From assembly GCA_041736175.1 (NCBI GenBank), contig JBGSUI010000217.1, positions 1 through 64,000 on the forward strand: a DNA stretch of 64,000 nucleotides, written 5' to 3'. The position numbers were made by a program, and so were the translations under genes. The notes beneath the pieces are model-generated. The model was not told where the DNA came from, ran no database searches, and saw only the letters and a list, made by a program, of their open reading frames with translations. Positions 60,620-64,000 of the stretch are shown here, piece after piece (positions within the stretch are counted from its first letter, which is position 1; each line of letters starts with the position of its first letter). The DNA comes from Oligoflexales bacterium. Lineage in GTDB: Bacteria > Bdellovibrionota_B > Oligoflexia > Oligoflexales > CAIYRB01.

Positions 60620-60666
60620 CGCTGCCGAAAAGCGCGGAATTGCTTCCACTAGGAGTTCGATTCTGG
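60620..60666 (+). repeat. right copy of the 47-bp imperfect direct repeat
   Basis: CGCTGCCGAAAAGCGCGGAATTGCTTCCACTAGGAGTTCGATTCTGG. Confidence 0.85.
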
Positions 60667-60721
60667 CTAAGATGGAGAGCTCATGGATCATTACGGGCTG
60701 GTAAAACCACTTGGAGTTACG

Positions 60722-61621
60722 ATGGACCATTTTGTCAGTATCGATGGGACGCATGGACTAACTTCGGAACTAACCTCGGGGATCTCGCCCCTGGACCGGG
60801 GATTTCTCTATGGCGACAGCTTAATGGAAACTATCTTGGTGGTCAAAAAGCACCCCGTCCTCTTTGAGCAACATCTTGATCGGCTGCGTTGGGGCGCCGA
60901 GCAGCTTGGGATTCCCTTCCCCTGGACGATGCAGGACCTAGAGTTCGAGGTGCAATCGATCCTTGAAGCCTACTCCTTTGAGCGGGGGTCTTTGCGAATT
61001 GTCGTCACAGCTGGAGTAGGAACTGGCTTAGAGCGGACCGCTTTGGAGCCTCTCAGGCCAACAAAAATTATTTATTATGGTCCTTTGACTAATCGCCCAC
61101 CCTCGGTCTATGAGGCTGGCGTCAGCTTAAAACGCAAGGTTGCTCCCTGGATCGATAGAAATCCGCGCATTAAACTCTGCCACTACGCACCAGAGATTGT
61201 TGCGCTCCAAAGGGCAAAAAAAGAAGGCTATGATGATATCCTCTGGAGTCGAGAGGATGGAGAGCTAATGGAATCGTCGGTCTCAAACCTTTTCCTTATT
61301 GCTCGCCAGGGAGACCAAGTGGAAATCGTAACTCCTCCAGCACACAGTGGGATCTTGCTCGGAGTTACTCGACAAAAAATGATCGATCTTCTTTATGGTG
61401 CAAAAATTCCAGTCACCGAGCAGATCGTCTATAGCGACGAGCTTCCTCGGTTTGATGAGGGGTTTTTGACCTCAAGCCTTTCGGGACTGATTCCCATACG
61501 ATCCATAGACCGGCACCAGCTCCACACGGCGCGCGGCGGGTCGACTTTTAGACACCTAGAACGCCTTTACCGAACCTGGCTTTCGATCTTTGAAGCATCT
61601 AGGTTAGATAGAAACAACTAA
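60722..61621 (+). CDS. aminotransferase class IV (PabC/IlvE-like)
   Basis: DRGFLYGD..ET, HLDRL, E.SVSNLF, GILLGVTR, EGFLTSS. Confidence 0.88.
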   Translation: MDHFVSIDGTHGLTSELTSGISPLDRGFLYGDSLMETILVVKKHPVLFEQHLDRLRWGAEQLGIPFPWTMQDLEFEVQSILEAYSFERGSLRIVVTAGVGTGLERTALEPLRPTKIIYYGPLTNRPPSVYEAGVSLKRKVAPWIDRNPRIKLCHYAPEIVALQRAKKEGYDDILWSREDGELMESSVSNLFLIARQGDQVEIVTPPAHSGILLGVTRQKMIDLLYGAKIPVTEQIVYSDELPRFDEGFLTSSLSGLIPIRSIDRHQLHTARGGSTFRHLERLYRTWLSIFEASRLDRNN

Positions 61622-61634
61622 AAACGGCTTTCGA

Positions 61635-62615
61635 TCACTCCGGGCTAGGATAGGAGCTGATGCCGACCGTCAACGTTGATGTTGTCCCAACGATCATCGG
61701 GGTCACGGAGGGAACCCAAGTTCGGATCATAGACGACTGACCACCTGAAGTGGTCGCTGGACCTTTTACGTAGTAGCGCCGGGAGGCGATGCCATTATCA
61801 TTGGTCATAGGATTGGGTGGTGGCGGTAAGGGTGCCGCCGCTATTTGGACAGGAGCTTCGACGGGTTTTGTCAAGATAGCTGTTTGAAAAGTCCCGAAAT
61901 GGCGGGTAAATATACGTGCGTAGCCATTGACGATCTCAATATCACGTCGGGGAATAATCCCTGCAACATTGCGGTTTTCTGCAGCAATGTGGACATTGTA
62001 AAAGATTACCAGATTACTGAGAGGATCCGCGAGTCCAAACTGAGGGAATTCACCAACAAGAGAAGAACCCGTGTTGGGAAGCGGCATAGTTACGGAAAAA
62101 GGTGACGATGTATCAAGTGCCACGCTAGAGGTGACCACCATTGGTGTGGATTTAGAAGCCACCTGAGAATCGATGGCCAAACTTTGGAGAGATTGGTCTG
62201 TAGCAATCTGCTGTCCAGGTTGGACGCTAATCTCCGTATCGATCGCCAAGGACCCCGGGGGGAATTCTATCTGCGATCCAGCGATTTTACTATTTTCTGA
62301 GGCTTGGATCACCTGGACATTGGGGTTATTAGCCTCAACTTTACCCTTTGATTTAGATCCTTCCAAAGTCACAGGTACGATCACCCGGTTGATAGTAGCC
62401 GACGTCTTAACAGAGTCCACAATCGTGTCGGCAGGACTCCGGGTGTTCTTGGAGCTTTCAGCCTGAGTCTGCATAAAAGATGGTCCCTTAAGGCAGGAAA
62501 AACTCGCAAGGGCCACTGCGATTGGGTAGAACAAGCTGTAGCCGACAAACTTGTTTTGAGGTTGACCTTCTAAACTTTCTTTTAATTCTCTTTTTTGTCC
62601 GATGTAAAGTCCCAT
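61635..62615 (-). CDS. hypothetical exported protein, possible ZU5-like domain
   Basis: IEFPPGSL...ISV and TRHFGTF; possible lipobox ASFSC; start uncertain. Confidence 0.5.
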   Translation of the reverse strand: MGLYIGQKRELKESLEGQPQNKFVGYSLFYPIAVALASFSCLKGPSFMQTQAESSKNTRSPADTIVDSVKTSATINRVIVPVTLEGSKSKGKVEANNPNVQVIQASENSKIAGSQIEFPPGSLAIDTEISVQPGQQIATDQSLQSLAIDSQVASKSTPMVVTSSVALDTSSPFSVTMPLPNTGSSLVGEFPQFGLADPLSNLVIFYNVHIAAENRNVAGIIPRRDIEIVNGYARIFTRHFGTFQTAILTKPVEAPVQIAAAPLPPPPNPMTNDNGIASRRYYVKGPATTSGGQSSMIRTWVPSVTPMIVGTTSTLTVGISSYPSPE

Positions 62616-62856
62616 GATTAGACTCCTTGCTGGGTGTGGCGCACCACCTGTTTTGGTTGTTTTTTCGAAGTCGATTTTTTCAATGTTGTCATAACTCCTA
62701 TGCCTGCATATGATAGATCCTTAAAGTCATATTCGGTCAATTTATAAAAAAATTAACACTCCGCTAGAATAAACAGCAAATTCAATGGTTTGTTGGTACC
62801 TTAAAACAAATGATGCCGAAAATATTTGAGCCGCTTTTTGAGACAAAGGAGAAAAA

Positions 62857-63822
62857 ATGGACCGTAACTTAGCATTAGAGTTTGTTCGAGTGACCGAGGG
62901 AGCGGCCATCGGTGCAGCGCGTTGGACAGGCCGAGGCGAAAAAAACGCAGCCGATGACGCCGCAGTGACCGCTATGCGTAACTGCTTTAACTCAATCGAT
63001 TTTTGTGGAAAAATCATCATCGGCGAAGGTGAGATGGACGAAGCTCCCATGCTTTATATCGGCGAAACGGTCGGTCGGGGCCAAAGTGGTCAAAAAAAAA
63101 TAGAGATCGCCTGTGATCCCTTAGAAGGTACATCGATTACGGCAAAAGGTGGCAGTGAAGCAATCGCCGTGATTGCAGCGGCAGAAGAGGGTGGATTTCT
63201 CCATGCACCCGATATGTACATGAACAAAATTGCGGTGGGACCAGCGGCTAAGGGTAGGATCGACATCACAAAGAGCATCAGCTGGAACCTCAAGGCTGTT
63301 GCCGAGGGCTTGAAAAAAAATGTCCAAGATCTCATGGTTATCATTTTAGATCGTCCCCGCCATGCCGAGATTATCCAAGAATGTCGGACTCTGGGGACCA
63401 GGATTAGACTTATTGGTGACGGAGATGTTTCCGCAGCAGTCGCCACAGCGCAAGCAGACAGTGGTATCGATATTCTCTTAGGTATCGGTGGAGCCCCGGA
63501 AGGTGTGATTTCAGCAGCAGCTCTTAGGTGTTTAGGGGGTGATATGCAAGGACAGCTGATCTACACCACCGAAGCAGAAAAAGACCGCTGTGGGAAAATG
63601 GGAATTTCGGACCTTAACAAAGTCTATCAACTAGACGATCTCGCCAGAGGCAATGTTATGTTTATTGCCACTGGCGTCACCAATGGCAGCTTTTTAAGGG
63701 GGGTAAGATTTAATGGGAGCGGTGCTGTGACCCATTCCATCGTTATGCGCTCTGAATCTGGTACCATTAGAGAAATCCACACAAAACATCACTTTGCCTA
63801 TAAGCCTAGACATGGATGGTGA
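62857..63822 (+). CDS. glpX: fructose-1,6-bisphosphatase class II
   Basis: IGEGEMDEAPML, DPLEGT, LDRPRH, DGDV, GGAPEGV, ATGVT. Confidence 0.95.
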   Translation: MDRNLALEFVRVTEGAAIGAARWTGRGEKNAADDAAVTAMRNCFNSIDFCGKIIIGEGEMDEAPMLYIGETVGRGQSGQKKIEIACDPLEGTSITAKGGSEAIAVIAAAEEGGFLHAPDMYMNKIAVGPAAKGRIDITKSISWNLKAVAEGLKKNVQDLMVIILDRPRHAEIIQECRTLGTRIRLIGDGDVSAAVATAQADSGIDILLGIGGAPEGVISAAALRCLGGDMQGQLIYTTEAEKDRCGKMGISDLNKVYQLDDLARGNVMFIATGVTNGSFLRGVRFNGSGAVTHSIVMRSESGTIREIHTKHHFAYKPRHGW

Positions 63823-64000
63823 ATATCTCACGGTGTCACAAATCCGATTTTCACGAGCTTTATTTTTTGCTGCCTGACGCCTGACCTTGGATCTCTTGGA
63901 TTTCTTGGTCCCGCGTCGCTTTTGCTTTTTCGATGACTGTCTGAACCGATGCTGTTTGCTGGTTTTCGGACTGCTTCCGAACTTCTTCCAAAAGATTATG

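Larger units (their letters stand above)
58742..60666. mobile_element. horizontally acquired hipBA islet bounded by direct repeats
   Basis: Markedly higher GC than the flanks (41/60 in 59041-59100); flanking direct repeats; no integrase inside. Confidence 0.6.

Noticed and set aside
60620..60666. tRNA gene suggested by GTTCGATTC
   Set aside because: No acceptor stem, anticodon arm or CCA can be formed.
1..64000. CRISPR array, rRNA, IS transposase, and the many short antisense or nested ORFs in the track
   Set aside because: No repeat-spacer array, rRNA-like sequence or DDE transposase motif was seen by eye; the nested ORFs are shadows of well-supported genes.
63823..64000. 3' end of a minus-strand gene running off the window
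   Set aside because: Only a short Lys/Arg-rich fragment is visible; its frame and identity cannot be supported.

Overview
Bacterial chromosomal window, probably from an Oligoflexia/Bdellovibrionota-like organism. This is inferred from the flagellin type, CarD/CdnL, an MXAN_5808-like S41 protease and a DUF4388-like protein, and is not verified. Core genes include an rlmB-like methyltransferase, an NtrY-like kinase, tadA, fadE, orn, a DsbA-family protein, namZ, pnp, rpsO, carD, flagellin, tRNA-Ile(CAU), rpoD, rimO, a pabC-like aminotransferase and glpX. The most notable locus (~13.5-29.3 kb) is a candidate lipid/polyketide biosynthesis-and-export system. It encodes an extended ACP, a double-hotdog dehydratase with a split His/Glu dyad, an active KS plus a Cys->Gln chain-length factor, a stand-alone thioester reductase, FabG, a B12-dependent radical SAM enzyme, a methyltransferase and a PPTase. 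It also encodes a probable outer-membrane barrel, two lipoproteins and a LolE/LolA/LolD-like exporter. Other points of interest are a catalytically dead XerD-like protein overlapping tadA, a wHTH-PRTase gene with a perfect 14-bp inverted repeat over its promoter, an XPB-Bax1(DUF790) pair, a pol-beta nucleotidyltransferase, and a high-GC hipBA module flanked by 47-bp imperfect direct repeats. No CRISPR array, rRNA or transposase was seen. All family assignments come from motif recognition by eye; no searches were run.
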